Shown piece after piece: positions 1 through 11,171 of a DNA stretch of 64,000 bases. Source of the DNA: Candidatus Omnitrophota bacterium (GTDB lineage Bacteria; Omnitrophota; Gorgyraeia; Zapsychrales; Zapsychraceae); NCBI GenBank assembly GCA_023247445.1, contig JAHFGL010000004.1, forward strand, positions 72,968 to 136,967, read 5' to 3'. A program made the position numbers and the translations under genes. Within the stretch, counting starts at the first letter, position 1. Every line of letters begins with the position of its first letter. The notes under the pieces were generated by a model. It was not told the origin of the DNA. It ran no database searches and saw only the letters and a list, made by a program, of their open reading frames with translations.

Positions 1-2
1 AC

Positions 3-3000
3 CAGCCCATCAAATTAATCGACGCATTGCTTTACTTGGCGGTTACTCAGAAGAAACAAGAGGCGTTGGATCACTTGATAAGTATTGTTCGTTCAAGAGA
101 TCAAATTAAAGGTGTTGATGAAAAAGTTAAAGAGCGAATTGTAACAGAATTAACAAAGATTAATGATCCTTCCAAAGAATTACTATCAGCTCTTATGAGC
201 ATTTTAGCGGATGACACTGTTTCAAGCGAATTGCGGTTACCTTGTGTAAGAACTCTTCATAAAGTTTATAGTCGAAATCCAAAGCAGTTGACATTAGGTT
301 TATATTTTATGGTTTATGATAATTATTCAACGGATAAGCACGATATTTCAGTAGGGCTTTATTCTGCTGAAGTCCTGGCGCGATACAATCAAATGGAACA
401 ACAAGGCGAGCTAGAATTACGCAGAATGCTTATTGATCGAAATTTTACAGCCGTTAAAGCAGCGCTCGCGCAAAACCGTTTTACGCCCGAAGCAGTGGCC
501 CAGGCTATTTTGTTGAATAACTTAAATAACATTGTTGTACAGACAACCGGATTGATTGAAGATGTCAAGAAGGCCGACGTAAAAAATCGTAAAGGACTTA
601 TGGATGGGATGGTATCTATTCGTGACAAATTGCAGGGAATTGTCAGGCCATTTAGTTTAACCGATTGGGAGAGTAGTTTGACTAGTTGTGGGATTAGCGG
701 TCTTAATTTAAACCAATTTGGGTTTCGATCAGTTGGGAATGGGGTCATTATCCCAACGGTCTTTGATGTTTTGTTATCGACTTACCGTGGATCTGCCGAA
801 GTCGATAGTATACATAACACCTATTTAACACATGCTATTACAACAGCCATTATCCATTATGCCAATAAGGGAGGCGAAAATGCACGTTCTGATGGTGCGG
901 AAGGATTCAACGCCTTTCATGAATTTGATCAGGGGGCTCTTAATTTGTTGGGAGAGAATAATCGACGTAAGGATGATCACGTCACATTAGCTTTTAGTTA
1001 TCCTAATGATAAACCCATGCCTGAATACACTCGCAAGCGAACGATGCTTCTAAGAGACAGAACGATCATGGAGATTTTACTTCAACTAGGTCAATGGCAA
1101 GCTAAGGAACGAAAAGCGAAACAAAATATTTTCAAACTTTTGAAACTTCTCACGGAAGGCAAAGTCGCTAAACAGAAGTTAGATGAATTAATCAATGTTT
1201 TCAAAGCACAGCTTGATATCTTGCGTTCGCAGTGCGGTTTAAATAAAGCCTATTTTGATTTTCTCTTTGGATATATCAATGATAGTTTTTTTGATAATTT
1301 AAGAAAAGCGTATCAACCTCAAAGGGATAATGGAGAGATTTTACATAGATTATTACAATCGGCAATGACCGGCTTTCATGTTGTTAAGAAATCTCCTCGA
1401 CAAGGAATTAGAGAGGTCACTGATAAACATTCCTGGATTGACAGCCATATTATGTTGGGACGAAAACATCGCGCGCCGCTAACACTATTAACTTATTTAG
1501 GGAATGAAGAATATATTAGAAAATACACTTATGATGATGTCGATTTAAGCGACAAGATGGATTTTTCCGTTCCTGTAGTAGCTGTGCCTGCTGTAGCAAC
1601 TCTTGCTAGAGCGCCTTTGGTTGGCCCTGATTTAGCGGCAGCTACTGTTGCCGCACAACCCAACGCAGATAAAACGATTGATTTATTTTTTGCTGGCCGT
1701 GTCACGGAAGATAAGGGTGCCAGCGATTTTCTCCTCGTGCTAAGTGATATCCAAGCAAAATATAAAGCGAACGGCATAACAGTCAGAGGTCATTTCCTGG
1801 GAGCGGTCGAGGACTCGTTTAAACAACAATTACAAAATCTTGCGTTTGCCAATAATATTACACATTTAGAATTTCATGGGCCCTACTCACCGGAAGATTT
1901 TGTTTTGACCCTTAATCGACTTAATCGACCCAATTGTATTTTTGTTCATACGCTAGGATTGGTTACTAAAGAAGTTATGGCGATGGGATTTCCGATTGTT
2001 TCAAGAGATACGATGGCTGATCGTGGGACCTATAAAGTTGCGGAAAATCAGTATCGACAAGCGATTGAAGATTTGATTGATCATCCAGAAAAGCGTGAAG
2101 CGTTAACCGCTTATGCCCGACAGGAGGCCGAACGTTTATATGGTTCACGGCAGTGGTTGCAAACGATGTTTGATGTGGTTGAACGCGTAACTGGTCGAAA
2201 AGTTAATGATCGTTTCCGCGCGAGTTTTAGTTTTTCTGGATTTGGTTACGGCAAGCATGGAGTCAATGAATACTATAATAAATTCTTTAGATACTTAGCG
2301 AAGCTCCAAGGGGTCCAATCGGAGGTGGCTGTTGTGAGTATGCAGCAAAGACAATTTATGCAAGCTCAATTTCCGTCGTCAATGTTTGTTGATGGCGTTT
2401 TTGAGCAAAGTCAGTTGCAGGAGGTTAATACTTATCAACATATCGGAACGCATAAAAAAGGAACAGTTCCTTCAGATGCGGTTATTCGTCAGCAATTTTT
2501 ACCTGCGCTCACAAGATTAATTAAGGCTATTCAATCCGTTGATCTTGATGCTAAAAATATATTTAAGGTGACGAATCAATCTTCTCAAATGACGCAAGAG
2601 GCGCTAGAGGCCATGGTGCAGATGCAGGAATATTTTGTTAAAGGGGGTTATGATGTAGAAAAAACAATGTTGCATCCTCTCGTGGAGGAGGTTATGAAAA
2701 ATATTTTTCCAGGGAGCGATGGTAAATTTAAAGGTCTTCAAGCGAACATGGTTTCATTTGATAAGAGAGATAAACCGTTAGACCACTTCTCCAAATTAAT
2801 TACTTTGATGTATATGTTGGCGCAGCCGATGCCTGATGGCAAAGATGTCAGTTTCACGATGCAATTATTTCCCCCCATTCTTGATATTGTTCATCATAGG
2901 CAGGGCGGCCCGCCCGTCATTTATGTTGAGCATACTCGTCTGGGATATAATGAAAGAGCTGTCATCAAAAGTATTGACGATGGAAAATATCCAGGACACG

Positions 3001-4580
3001 TTAAACAATTTATGAAACAGTATGTGGCTTTGATGAAGATGATTATGGTACATCATGTGGATGGATATATTAATCCTTGGGATGGTAATGCGATGACGGA
3101 AACTTATGGTGGATTTTTTAGAGGCCAATCTTTTTATTTGCCCCATGCCGTTGATACGGAATTTTATCAATATGCCTCAAGTGGGCAGACAAATACTGCA
3201 ATAGCGGAATCATCGGCTCAAGATTTTATCAGCGTCAAAGATGGATTGGTGCCGCAAACTGACGAACGTACTCAGCGAGCAGAATTGTTAGGAATTGTTC
3301 AATCGAGTTTAACTACTTCTGTTGGCTCAAGAGGACGGGTTCTTGCTCAAGGCTCGGTGGGGCGCAACACCGATTTGCCGGGGAAATTTGATTTGGATTT
3401 GTTAGGAGTTTTCAAAAACAGTTTTAATCCGACACAGGAGGGAGAAAAAATAATCGCTGCTTTAAAGAGTAAATTTGAAGAACGAGGATATACCATTAAC
3501 AACATTAAACAGAGACCACATAATAGTCATCAATGGTTGATTTCATTTATTGTCTATGAAAAGAGTGGTCGGCCATTAACTAAAGTGGAGATTACCCTTC
3601 GGCAAGAAGGAAAGGTTTATCCTGATCTATTTAACGCTCAGATGAATCAAATTCAAGAACAATTTTCTCTGGCTGGTCAAGAAGCGACTCTTTCAGACAT
3701 ACGTTTTATGAAACATTTGTTACAAGAAGGGATTGAATCTTACAAATGGTTTCATGGAGGGTTAAGTGGGATTGGGGCGGAGCAGCTTATTATTCAGTCC
3801 GGCGGAGTGGAACAAAATGGATGGAAGATTAATGGACAAGGGTCTTTTGCTAAAGCCATGAAGTTGATCTACTCCATTGGATATGATCAACAGAATAAAA
3901 CGATTCGTCCTGTTAGCGAAGTGATCAATTCTTTTCAAATTTATAATATGGATGGAAGTAATCTGATGCAAAGTCTAAACGATTGGAGTTGGCGTCGTTT
4001 GGTTCATGCGGCGCGAGTTTACACAGAGGGCAAGGCGCAAGGCACCACATTTAGTGATCCTGAGGCATTAAGGTATAACTTGTCCGACGCTATTAAATAT
4101 CGAAAAGGATTCTTTAGAGGTTACGAATTAGAAATGGAAAATCATATAGGCGATTCTTTAGCTAACAGTAGTTTTGTGTTCGAAAGAGTTGGAGCTAATC
4201 GATATTACGTTTTTGTTACAGATCAGGCTGAGGCGCGAAGGTTTGAGCAAGGAGAGTTTTCTCAGTCTATTAAAAATACAGCTGATCAGGCTTTGTTAAC
4301 TAAAGCGGGATCAGCGGCTATCGATGAGGCAACTGGAACGGCTCCTGTTGGTGCAGATATTGATAGAAAAGGGGGTATCGATTTTGATATCAACAAGATC
4401 GATTTGTTTATCCAGAATGATGGAGCGCCGATTCAGTTTGAATTTGATCCTGCCCAATTGAAAGATTTTGAAGTCGATGGTTTTACTCCGCTTATTATCA
4501 AAATCGAACCCATTCCCAGCCTTCCTTTATTTTTGGGTTCTTTAAACCCGGAAGAGCAGCAAACGGCACTTATTAATTAA
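3..4580 (+). CDS. Very large multidomain protein, 5'-truncated at the window edge. It contains an internal GT-B (GT4-like) glycosyltransferase domain. Overall function unknown.
   Basis: The reading frame is open from position 3 with no upstream stop. The TTG at 27 has no RBS, so the gene probably continues off-window. Residues around aa 560-720 (IDLFFAGRVTEDKG...GFPIVSRD...) resemble the C-terminal half of GT4 glycosyltransferases. The rest is helical repeat-like sequence with no recognisable family. Confidence 0.55.
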   Translation, partial: QPIKLIDALLYLAVTQKKQEALDHLISIVRSRDQIKGVDEKVKERIVTELTKINDPSKELLSALMSILADDTVSSELRLPCVRTLHKVYSRNPKQLTLGLYFMVYDNYSTDKHDISVGLYSAEVLARYNQMEQQGELELRRMLIDRNFTAVKAALAQNRFTPEAVAQAILLNNLNNIVVQTTGLIEDVKKADVKNRKGLMDGMVSIRDKLQGIVRPFSLTDWESSLTSCGISGLNLNQFGFRSVGNGVIIPTVFDVLLSTYRGSAEVDSIHNTYLTHAITTAIIHYANKGGENARSDGAEGFNAFHEFDQGALNLLGENNRRKDDHVTLAFSYPNDKPMPEYTRKRTMLLRDRTIMEILLQLGQWQAKERKAKQNIFKLLKLLTEGKVAKQKLDELINVFKAQLDILRSQCGLNKAYFDFLFGYINDSFFDNLRKAYQPQRDNGEILHRLLQSAMTGFHVVKKSPRQGIREVTDKHSWIDSHIMLGRKHRAPLTLLTYLGNEEYIRKYTYDDVDLSDKMDFSVPVVAVPAVATLARAPLVGPDLAAATVAAQPNADKTIDLFFAGRVTEDKGASDFLLVLSDIQAKYKANGITVRGHFLGAVEDSFKQQLQNLAFANNITHLEFHGPYSPEDFVLTLNRLNRPNCIFVHTLGLVTKEVMAMGFPIVSRDTMADRGTYKVAENQYRQAIEDLIDHPEKREALTAYARQEAERLYGSRQWLQTMFDVVERVTGRKVNDRFRASFSFSGFGYGKHGVNEYYNKFFRYLAKLQGVQSEVAVVSMQQRQFMQAQFPSSMFVDGVFEQSQLQEVNTYQHIGTHKKGTVPSDAVIRQQFLPALTRLIKAIQSVDLDAKNIFKVTNQSSQMTQEALEAMVQMQEYFVKGGYDVEKTMLHPLVEEVMKNIFPGSDGKFKGLQANMVSFDKRDKPLDHFSKLITLMYMLAQPMPDGKDVSFTMQLFPPILDIVHHRQGGPPVIYVEHTRLGYNERAVIKSIDDGKYPGHVKQFMKQYVALMKMIMVHHVDGYINPWDGNAMTETYGGFFRGQSFYLPHAVDTEFYQYASSGQTNTAIAESSAQDFISVKDGLVPQTDERTQRAELLGIVQSSLTTSVGSRGRVLAQGSVGRNTDLPGKFDLDLLGVFKNSFNPTQEGEKIIAALKSKFEERGYTINNIKQRPHNSHQWLISFIVYEKSGRPLTKVEITLRQEGKVYPDLFNAQMNQIQEQFSLAGQEATLSDIRFMKHLLQEGIESYKWFHGGLSGIGAEQLIIQSGGVEQNGWKINGQGSFAKAMKLIYSIGYDQQNKTIRPVSEVINSFQIYNMDGSNLMQSLNDWSWRRLVHAARVYTEGKAQGTTFSDPEALRYNLSDAIKYRKGFFRGYELEMENHIGDSLANSSFVFERVGANRYYVFVTDQAEARRFEQGEFSQSIKNTADQALLTKAGSAAIDEATGTAPVGADIDRKGGIDFDINKIDLFIQNDGAPIQFEFDPAQLKDFEVDGFTPLIIKIEPIPSLPLFLGSLNPEEQQTALIN

Positions 4581-4781
4581 GTCATTTCTGGAGTATGATC
4601 GACGGCGCATATCCCGTTATCATTAACATCCAATCCGCCCCAAATTTTCTTATGCTGCTGGGAATCAATCAACAGGAGAAAGAAGACAGTTTAAGTTTAG
4701 TACACTAACCCCCTTAGCCTGTCCTAGTTTGTTCTAGTCTGTCCTCTTGCGCAATATTATATATGATGTTAAAGTTTGCCC

Positions 4782-5495
4782 ATGAACATTAAAAGAATTC
4801 TCCTGTTTTTAAGCATTATAAGTTTAGTTGTTATTCCTCTTCATCAAGCCGAGGCGTTGGTCAACGGCGGTTTTGAGTCGGGGTTCACAGGCTGGACGAC
4901 AGCCGGGGACGTGACGATTGACACCTCTTTATTTGGCAGCGGCCCAACGGCAGGTTTACAAGAAGCCCGTCTTAAAACCAATGGCCCAACAGAACAAACC
5001 CTCAGTCAGTTACAATCATTCTTTTCATTACCCGCAGGAACATTAAATGGTTTAGGTAATGGTAATGTTGATGAAGGTTCCGCTATTAAACAGACCTTTG
5101 CAGCCAATGCTGGTGATGTCTTATCATTTGATTGGAATTTTTTAACCAGACAAACAACCCCCGATGTTCTTAATGATTTTGCTTATGTTGTTTTAAATGG
5201 CCAGGCGATAACCTTAGCCAATACACATTCGACGTTTTTCCCGACAGCCACAACTTATTTTCACGAAACGCATTTTCAAACCTACACTTATAATATTCCA
5301 ACAACAGGTAATTTTACGCTTGGATTTTCGGTCGTTGACGTTGGCATCCCTGGCAATCATGGCAGAATAATTTCAGCTCTTGAGCTTGATAATATTCAAC
5401 TCGTAACCCCTTCATCGCCCGTCCCTGAACCAGCAACGGTTCTTTTGCTGGGAAGTAGCTTTCTTGGCATGATGGGTTTTAGAAGAAAATCATAA
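4782..5495 (+). CDS. PEP-CTERM domain protein, a putative exosortase substrate and secreted protein.
   Basis: N-terminal signal peptide (MNIKRILLFLSIISLVVIPLHQAEA). The C-terminus is PVPEPATVLLLGSSFLGMMGFRRKS, which is a PEP motif plus a TM helix and an Arg-rich tail. This is the canonical PEP-CTERM sorting signal. An ATG at 4782 is preferred over the TTG at 4776. Confidence 0.75.
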   Translation: MNIKRILLFLSIISLVVIPLHQAEALVNGGFESGFTGWTTAGDVTIDTSLFGSGPTAGLQEARLKTNGPTEQTLSQLQSFFSLPAGTLNGLGNGNVDEGSAIKQTFAANAGDVLSFDWNFLTRQTTPDVLNDFAYVVLNGQAITLANTHSTFFPTATTYFHETHFQTYTYNIPTTGNFTLGFSVVDVGIPGNHGRIISALELDNIQLVTPSSPVPEPATVLLLGSSFLGMMGFRRKS

Positions 5496-5602
5496 GAACC
5501 GCTCGATTTATTTTTTCCCATCCAGAATTTTTTATATGTCCCGCATGTTTGTCTCGATTAAATAATTGACAACCCCATCTATTTGACTTATCTTAAACAT
5601 TC

Positions 5603-8600
5603 ATGAAACTTCCATTATTAAATCATCCGCTGCACGAGCTTTTGAAAAAACGTATCCTAATTTTAGATGGCGCGATGGGGACGATGATTCAAAAATATAA
5701 GCTTGATGAAGCGGCCTATCGCGGAAAAGAATTTGCCAATTACCATCGAGATTTAAAAGGCAATAACGATCTTCTTTCCTTGACGCAACCGCAAATTATC
5801 GAAGCCATCCATAGAGAATATTTAGACGCTGGTGCGGATATTATTGAGACCAATACCTTTAATTCCAATTCGGTCAGCATGGCGGATTATGGAATGGAGG
5901 ATCAGGTGTACGCGCTTAATCTTGCGTCGGCAAAAATCGCTAAAATGAGCGCGCAGGAATTTTCTAAAAAGAATCCAGCCAAGCCACGCTTTGTCGCTGG
6001 GGCCATTGGTCCAACCACCAAAACTTCATCGCTTTCCCCGGATGTGAATGATCCTGGCTTTCGCGCGATTAATTTCGATCAGCTAGTGACTTCTTACACT
6101 GAACAACTACGCGGACTTATCGACGGCGGAGTTGATCTTCTTCTTATTGAAACAATTTTTGATACGCTCAATGCCAAGGCCGCGATTTTTGCCATTCAAT
6201 CGTATTTTGAAAAGATTGGAAAAGAACTTCCCATTATGATTTCCGGAACAATCACGGATTTAAGCGGCCGCACACTTTCCGGTCAAACAACTGAAGCCTT
6301 TTGGATTTCCGTTTCCCACGCGAATCCGCTGATGATGGGTCTTAACTGTGCGCTGGGCGCTAAAGATATGCGTCCGTATGTCGAGGAATTATCGCGCGTC
6401 GTTCCTTGTTATGTCAGCTGCTATCCCAACGCGGGATTGCCAAATGCCTTTGGCGAATACGATCAAGGGCCGGAAGAAATGGCGAGCCTGGTGAAAGAAT
6501 TTGCGCAAAGTGGACTCATCAATGTTTTGGGCGGATGCTGTGGAACAACGCCGGATCACATTCGGGTTATTGCCCAGGCGGTTGAAGGCATTGCCCCTCG
6601 ACAAATTAAAGATATTCCGGTTCAAACGTGTTTTAGCGGATTGGAACCTCTCATTGTCCGCGCTAATAGTAATTTTATAAATATTGGCGAGCGAACCAAC
6701 GTTACAGGATCAAAGCAATTTGCGCGATTAATTTTAGCTGGCGATTATGACACGGCGCTATCGATTGCCCGTCAACAAGTAGAGAGTGGCGCACAGGTTA
6801 TTGATATTAATATGGACGAAGCGATGCTTGATTCGCAGGCCGCGATGGTGAAATTCTTAAATCTAATTGCCGCAGAGCCAGACATCTCGCGTGTGCCGGT
6901 TATGATTGACTCCTCGAAATGGTCAGTTATTGAAGCAGGATTAAAATGCGTCCAAGGCAAATCGATCGTCAATTCCATTAGCATGAAAGAAGGCGAGGCG
7001 GCCTTTAAAGAGCAGGCCAAAAAAGTTCTGCGTTATGGCGCGGCGGCTGTCGTTATGGCCTTTGATGAAAAAGGACAGGCCGATACAATCGATCGTAAAG
7101 TGGAGATTTGTACGCGCGCTTACAAAATTTTGACGCAAGAGATTGGATTTGCGCCACAGGATATTATTTTTGATCCCAATATTTTTGCGATTGCAACGGG
7201 AATCGAAGAACATAATAATTACGCCGTTGATTTTATTGAAGCCACGCGGATTATTAAACAAACATTACCGCATTGTTTGGTCAGCGGCGGCGTCAGTAAC
7301 GTCTCATTTTCGTTTCGCGGCAATGATGTCGTGCGTGAGGCAATGCATTCGGCCTTTTTGTATCACGCGATTAAAGCCGGCATGACGATGGGCATTGTCA
7401 ACGCTGGGATGATTGCCGTCTACGATGAAATTCCTAAGGATTTATTAAAACTGGTGGAAGATGTTATTTTAAATCGTCGACCAGAGGCGACCGAGAGACT
7501 CGTTACTTTTGCCGAAACGGTTAAAGCCAAGGGTAAAAAGGTTGAAGAGGATTTAGTTTGGCGCAAAGAGCCGGTTGAAAAACGTCTAGCCCATTCGTTA
7601 GTTAAAGGCATTGTTGAATTTATTGACGAAGATGTGGAAGAGGCGCGTCAGAAAACCAAGCGGCCGCTGGACATCATCGAGGGACCGCTCATGGATGGGA
7701 TGAACATTGTCGGCGATTTGTTTGGCGCCGGAAAAATGTTTTTACCTCAAGTTGTCAAAAGCGCTCGCGTTATGAAAAAAGCGGTTGCGTATCTAACTCC
7801 TTTTATTGAGAAAGAAAAGTCCGGCGATGCCCATCAATTTATTGGCACGATTGTCATGGCAACCGTCAAAGGCGATGTCCATGATATTGGCAAAAATATC
7901 GTCGGCGTTGTCTTGGGTTGTAATAATTTTAAAGTGATTGATTTGGGCGTTATGGTTTCGTGCGACAAAATTTTAAAGGCAGCGCAAGATGAAAAGGCGG
8001 ATATCATCGGATTAAGCGGACTCATCACACCATCCTTGGATGAAATGGTTCATGTTGCCTCAGAAATAGAGCGACAGAAAATCAATCTTCCCTTATTAAT
8101 TGGTGGAGCGACAACTTCGATTAATCATACCGCGGTTAAGATTGAGCCAGCGTATCATGGGATGACGGTGTACGTTAAAGATGCGTCGCGTAGTGTCGGC
8201 ATTGCGCGCAGTTTAATGGATCCGAAATTAAAAGCCGAGTTAAATGATAAGACCAAAAAAGATTATGCGCAGTTGCGTGAAGATCATCTCACACGCCAGC
8301 ATCAAAAACGTTTTCTGTCCATCGCAGAGGCTAGAAAGCGTGGACTAAAAACTGATTGGACCAAGCGGCAGATTACAAAACCAACATTTTTGGGCGTTCG
8401 CACGTTTAAAGATTTTGATTTTAAGGAACTTGTTGAGCGAATTGATTGGACACCATTTTTTATCACGTGGGAGTTAAAAGGAAAATATCCGAAGATCCTG
8501 ACGGATCCGAGCCTTGGCAAAGAGGCGACCAAACTATTTGCCGATGCCCAGACGATGCTCGCTGAAATTATTGCGCGAAAATCCTTTAAAGCCCATGGAA

Positions 8601-9289
8601 CAATTGGATTTTTTGCGGCCAATAGTATTGGTGATGATATCGAGGTTTATCTGGATGATCGCCGGTCAAAAGTTTTAACAACGCTTCATACAATAAGGGA
8701 GCAAACCGAAAAGCGCGAAGGCAATCAACCTTATTATGCTTTGTCAGATTTCATTGCGCCCAAAGAAACAGGCGTTAAAGATTATATCGGATTTTTTGCC
8801 GTCACAACTGGCTTTGGCGTAGATGAGTTGGCAAAAATTTATGAGAAGCAGCACGATGATTATAAAAGTATTATGGTCAAAGCGCTCGCTGATCGTTTGG
8901 CGGAGGCGTTTGCGGAACGGCTTCATGAGCAGGTGCGCAAAAAATATTGGGGATATGTTCCCAATGAGGATTTAACGAATGAAGAATTAATCGAATGTAA
9001 ATATCAGGGAATCCGCCCAGCGCCGGGTTATCCCGCCTGTCCAGATCATACGGAGAAGCCATCCTTATTTAAGTTAATTGATGCCGAAAAAAATACTGGC
9101 ATCTTGCTGACGGAATCCTTTGCGATGTTGCCCGCGGCTTCTGTCTGCGGCGTTTATTTTTCTCATCCGCAATCAAAATATTTTTGGATTGATAAAATCA
9201 ATAAAGATCAAGTCATCGACTACGCCGCGCGAAAGAAAATGGATATAAAGCTAGTCGAAAAATGGCTTGGACCGAATTTGGGGTATTAG
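5603..9289 (+). CDS. metH: Cobalamin-dependent methionine synthase (5-methyltetrahydrofolate-homocysteine methyltransferase).
   Basis: 1228 aa. The canonical MetH N-terminus ([18 protein letters not shown]) marks the Hcy-binding domain. It is followed by the pterin-binding, B12-binding ([12 protein letters not shown]) and AdoMet-activation domains. Confidence 0.95.
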   Translation: MKLPLLNHPLHELLKKRILILDGAMGTMIQKYKLDEAAYRGKEFANYHRDLKGNNDLLSLTQPQIIEAIHREYLDAGADIIETNTFNSNSVSMADYGMEDQVYALNLASAKIAKMSAQEFSKKNPAKPRFVAGAIGPTTKTSSLSPDVNDPGFRAINFDQLVTSYTEQLRGLIDGGVDLLLIETIFDTLNAKAAIFAIQSYFEKIGKELPIMISGTITDLSGRTLSGQTTEAFWISVSHANPLMMGLNCALGAKDMRPYVEELSRVVPCYVSCYPNAGLPNAFGEYDQGPEEMASLVKEFAQSGLINVLGGCCGTTPDHIRVIAQAVEGIAPRQIKDIPVQTCFSGLEPLIVRANSNFINIGERTNVTGSKQFARLILAGDYDTALSIARQQVESGAQVIDINMDEAMLDSQAAMVKFLNLIAAEPDISRVPVMIDSSKWSVIEAGLKCVQGKSIVNSISMKEGEAAFKEQAKKVLRYGAAAVVMAFDEKGQADTIDRKVEICTRAYKILTQEIGFAPQDIIFDPNIFAIATGIEEHNNYAVDFIEATRIIKQTLPHCLVSGGVSNVSFSFRGNDVVREAMHSAFLYHAIKAGMTMGIVNAGMIAVYDEIPKDLLKLVEDVILNRRPEATERLVTFAETVKAKGKKVEEDLVWRKEPVEKRLAHSLVKGIVEFIDEDVEEARQKTKRPLDIIEGPLMDGMNIVGDLFGAGKMFLPQVVKSARVMKKAVAYLTPFIEKEKSGDAHQFIGTIVMATVKGDVHDIGKNIVGVVLGCNNFKVIDLGVMVSCDKILKAAQDEKADIIGLSGLITPSLDEMVHVASEIERQKINLPLLIGGATTSINHTAVKIEPAYHGMTVYVKDASRSVGIARSLMDPKLKAELNDKTKKDYAQLREDHLTRQHQKRFLSIAEARKRGLKTDWTKRQITKPTFLGVRTFKDFDFKELVERIDWTPFFITWELKGKYPKILTDPSLGKEATKLFADAQTMLAEIIARKSFKAHGTIGFFAANSIGDDIEVYLDDRRSKVLTTLHTIREQTEKREGNQPYYALSDFIAPKETGVKDYIGFFAVTTGFGVDELAKIYEKQHDDYKSIMVKALADRLAEAFAERLHEQVRKKYWGYVPNEDLTNEELIECKYQGIRPAPGYPACPDHTEKPSLFKLIDAEKNTGILLTESFAMLPAASVCGVYFSHPQSKYFWIDKINKDQVIDYAARKKMDIKLVEKWLGPNLGY

Positions 9290-9375
9290 TCGTAGTTCCT
9301 AGTCTTAAGTAGCATTCGATTTTAAAAGAAACTTATAGTATATTTAAAGCAAAGCGACGAATAGAAAGGGTGCGT

Positions 9376-9690
9376 ATGACAAAGATAATTCATTTTAAGG
9401 ACAAAGATGGTAGAAGTTTTATTTTATCACCAATTGGATATGAACATATTCAACGCGAACATTGTATAGATGATCCTGTCAAATTTATAAAAGATACTCT
9501 TTTAGAGCCGTTCGCGATTGTTGAAGACAAATCAAAACATGACCGTTGGATATATCATAAGGATTATAAGCGAGGTCTTTATAAAGTTGTTGTTGTGAGT
9601 TTAGCGGATAATCGAATTAAGACGGCTTTTATTAGTGATTCAATTAAGGGAGGGAAAATTGTATGGCTAAAGAAAAAATGGATCAATTAA
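9376..9690 (+). CDS. Small hypothetical protein. It may be the DUF4258-like partner of the downstream DUF2283 gene.
   Basis: ATG at 9376 preceded by GAAAGGG. The product is about 104 aa. Its 3' end overlaps the next small gene, as is typical of two-gene toxin-antitoxin-like cassettes. Confidence 0.45.
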   Translation: MTKIIHFKDKDGRSFILSPIGYEHIQREHCIDDPVKFIKDTLLEPFAIVEDKSKHDRWIYHKDYKRGLYKVVVVSLADNRIKTAFISDSIKGGKIVWLKKKWIN

Positions 9691-9920
9691 CAGTTTCTTA
9701 TGATAAAGGGGCAGATGTTCTTTATATCACCGAGGGAAAACGTCGCCAAACCATTGGCGAATTGATGGATGATGGTGTTATTGTTCGCCGTGACCCTAAG
9801 ACTAAGAAAATTGTTGGGTTCACTATTGTAGATTTTATAGAACACTTTACAAATGCAAAGCCTCAGCGGATACCCCTTAAGGCAAGATTCTCTTCGTTGC
9901 AGCTTGTCAGTCACCATTAA
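9663..9920 (+). CDS. DUF2283-family small protein.
   Basis: 85 aa. The YDKGADVLYI motif near the N-terminus is characteristic of DUF2283. It overlaps the upstream small ORF. Confidence 0.5.
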   Translation: MAKEKMDQLTVSYDKGADVLYITEGKRRQTIGELMDDGVIVRRDPKTKKIVGFTIVDFIEHFTNAKPQRIPLKARFSSLQLVSHH

Positions 9921-9996
9921 AGATGTTTTGAATTTGAATTCGGGCACTAACGCCCGAATTAGGTTAGTAGATAAACGCGAAAATAATTTTGTCTTA

Positions 9997-11139
9997 ATGG
10001 TAAGAAAACAAAAAATTATCTCATCCTGTAAAATTCCGCTGATTTTTCTATCTTTAACTTTTTTGACCGCCTGTCGCGCCTATTCCGATGACACGCCTGA
10101 TTTGAGGCAGCCAAATGATAATGAAATTCTTTATCATTACGCGGCGGTGAGCGTTAATGAGCCAGAACTTTGTGCAAAAATTTCTCCGAATGCTTATTTG
10201 TCCGCTGGTTGGACTCAAAAAGGGTATCAGATTAGCCTCGAGCGTTCAGAATGTTATTATGATGTAGCAATCCGATTTGCCAGAGAAGATCTGTGTGAGA
10301 AAGTTAAACCAATTAATCAAGGTTCTCTGGATGGGAGTCAGTATTCTCCATCACCTTGCCGAGAAAAAATTCGAAAAAACGGCCCTGACGATAGTAGTGG
10401 TAATGATCTCCCGAGTAATGACAAGCTTGTAACAATTTTTTCTCAAATGGGATATACTCCCGCGGTTGTGATTGAACAGAAGTTAACCCGCAATCCGTTG
10501 AATCTTTTTGACGTCTATGCAAAATTGGGTGAAGAGAAAGATATTCTTGAGCGTATTAAGGCCGTGACAGATTCTCCCGACATGAATCGTGTAACAATCG
10601 AACAGCTTGAAATACTTTATGATCTTGCCGCCCACAAAACAAATGATGTTCATTGGTGTGAAAAAATTCGTGAGGATGTCTTACGCCCAGATTCGCATTA
10701 TGGAGAGAACACAAGTCATGAGTTTTCGCGAGATTGGTGTATTTTTGAAGTGGCGTGTAATGCGAAGGATACTTCTTTGTGTCAATCTATGCCCGAACGA
10801 CCGCGGATTAAGGATAGGTTTTTTACTTTGAAAGAATCTTGCGCGCATCAGATTACTGAATCTTTAAAATTTAAAGATAATAAATCTCATTATGGATATT
10901 TTCTCCCACGGGATGAAGAGATAATTGCTTCTATTCTTAAGATCCTCAATTATCCTTTGCCTGATTTTAAAGATCTTTCTCAGGATGAAATTCACAAGAT
11001 CTATTCTGATTTTTTGCTTGAGCTCACATACCCAGAAAAGGACGATTCTTTTAATCCTCCAAGTTTCTTATATAAGGAGATATATAAAACTGCCCGAGAA
11101 GAATTTATTAGACGAGTTAAAACATTACCTGATTTTTAA
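9997..11139 (+). CDS. Cys-rich putative lipoprotein, function unknown.
   Basis: ATG at 9997 is in frame with the listed ORF and gives [26 protein letters not shown]. This is a signal peptide with a lipobox-like LTAC. There are many Cys residues in the mature part and no recognisable catalytic motifs. Confidence 0.5.
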   Translation: MVRKQKIISSCKIPLIFLSLTFLTACRAYSDDTPDLRQPNDNEILYHYAAVSVNEPELCAKISPNAYLSAGWTQKGYQISLERSECYYDVAIRFAREDLCEKVKPINQGSLDGSQYSPSPCREKIRKNGPDDSSGNDLPSNDKLVTIFSQMGYTPAVVIEQKLTRNPLNLFDVYAKLGEEKDILERIKAVTDSPDMNRVTIEQLEILYDLAAHKTNDVHWCEKIREDVLRPDSHYGENTSHEFSRDWCIFEVACNAKDTSLCQSMPERPRIKDRFFTLKESCAHQITESLKFKDNKSHYGYFLPRDEEIIASILKILNYPLPDFKDLSQDEIHKIYSDFLLELTYPEKDDSFNPPSFLYKEIYKTAREEFIRRVKTLPDF

Positions 11140-11171
11140 TAGATACGTTGGTTAGCTACAGGGGAACTACG

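Noticed and set aside
27-29. TTG at position 27 as the start codon of the first gene.
   Set aside because: The frame is open to the window edge and there is no RBS. The gene is treated as 5'-partial.
389-4000. Several 60-120 aa ORFs on the minus strand inside the giant 27..4580 gene (389..748, 1529..1777, 2865..3170, 3762..3971).
   Set aside because: They are antisense to a long, continuous coding frame and have no RBS or coherent domain content. They are typical spurious ORFs.
6389-9062. Reverse-strand and alternate-frame ORFs inside metH (6389..6625, 6772..7020, 6941..7261, 7143..7385, 7420..7611, 7834..8028, 8302..8622, 8744..9062).
   Set aside because: MetH is unambiguous across the whole span. 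The embedded ORFs have low-complexity translations.
10607-11155. Alternate-frame ORFs 10607..10831 and 10925..11155 within or after the lipoprotein gene.
   Set aside because: They overlap the better-supported 9997..11139 frame, and their translations are Leu/Ile/Arg-rich low-complexity sequence.
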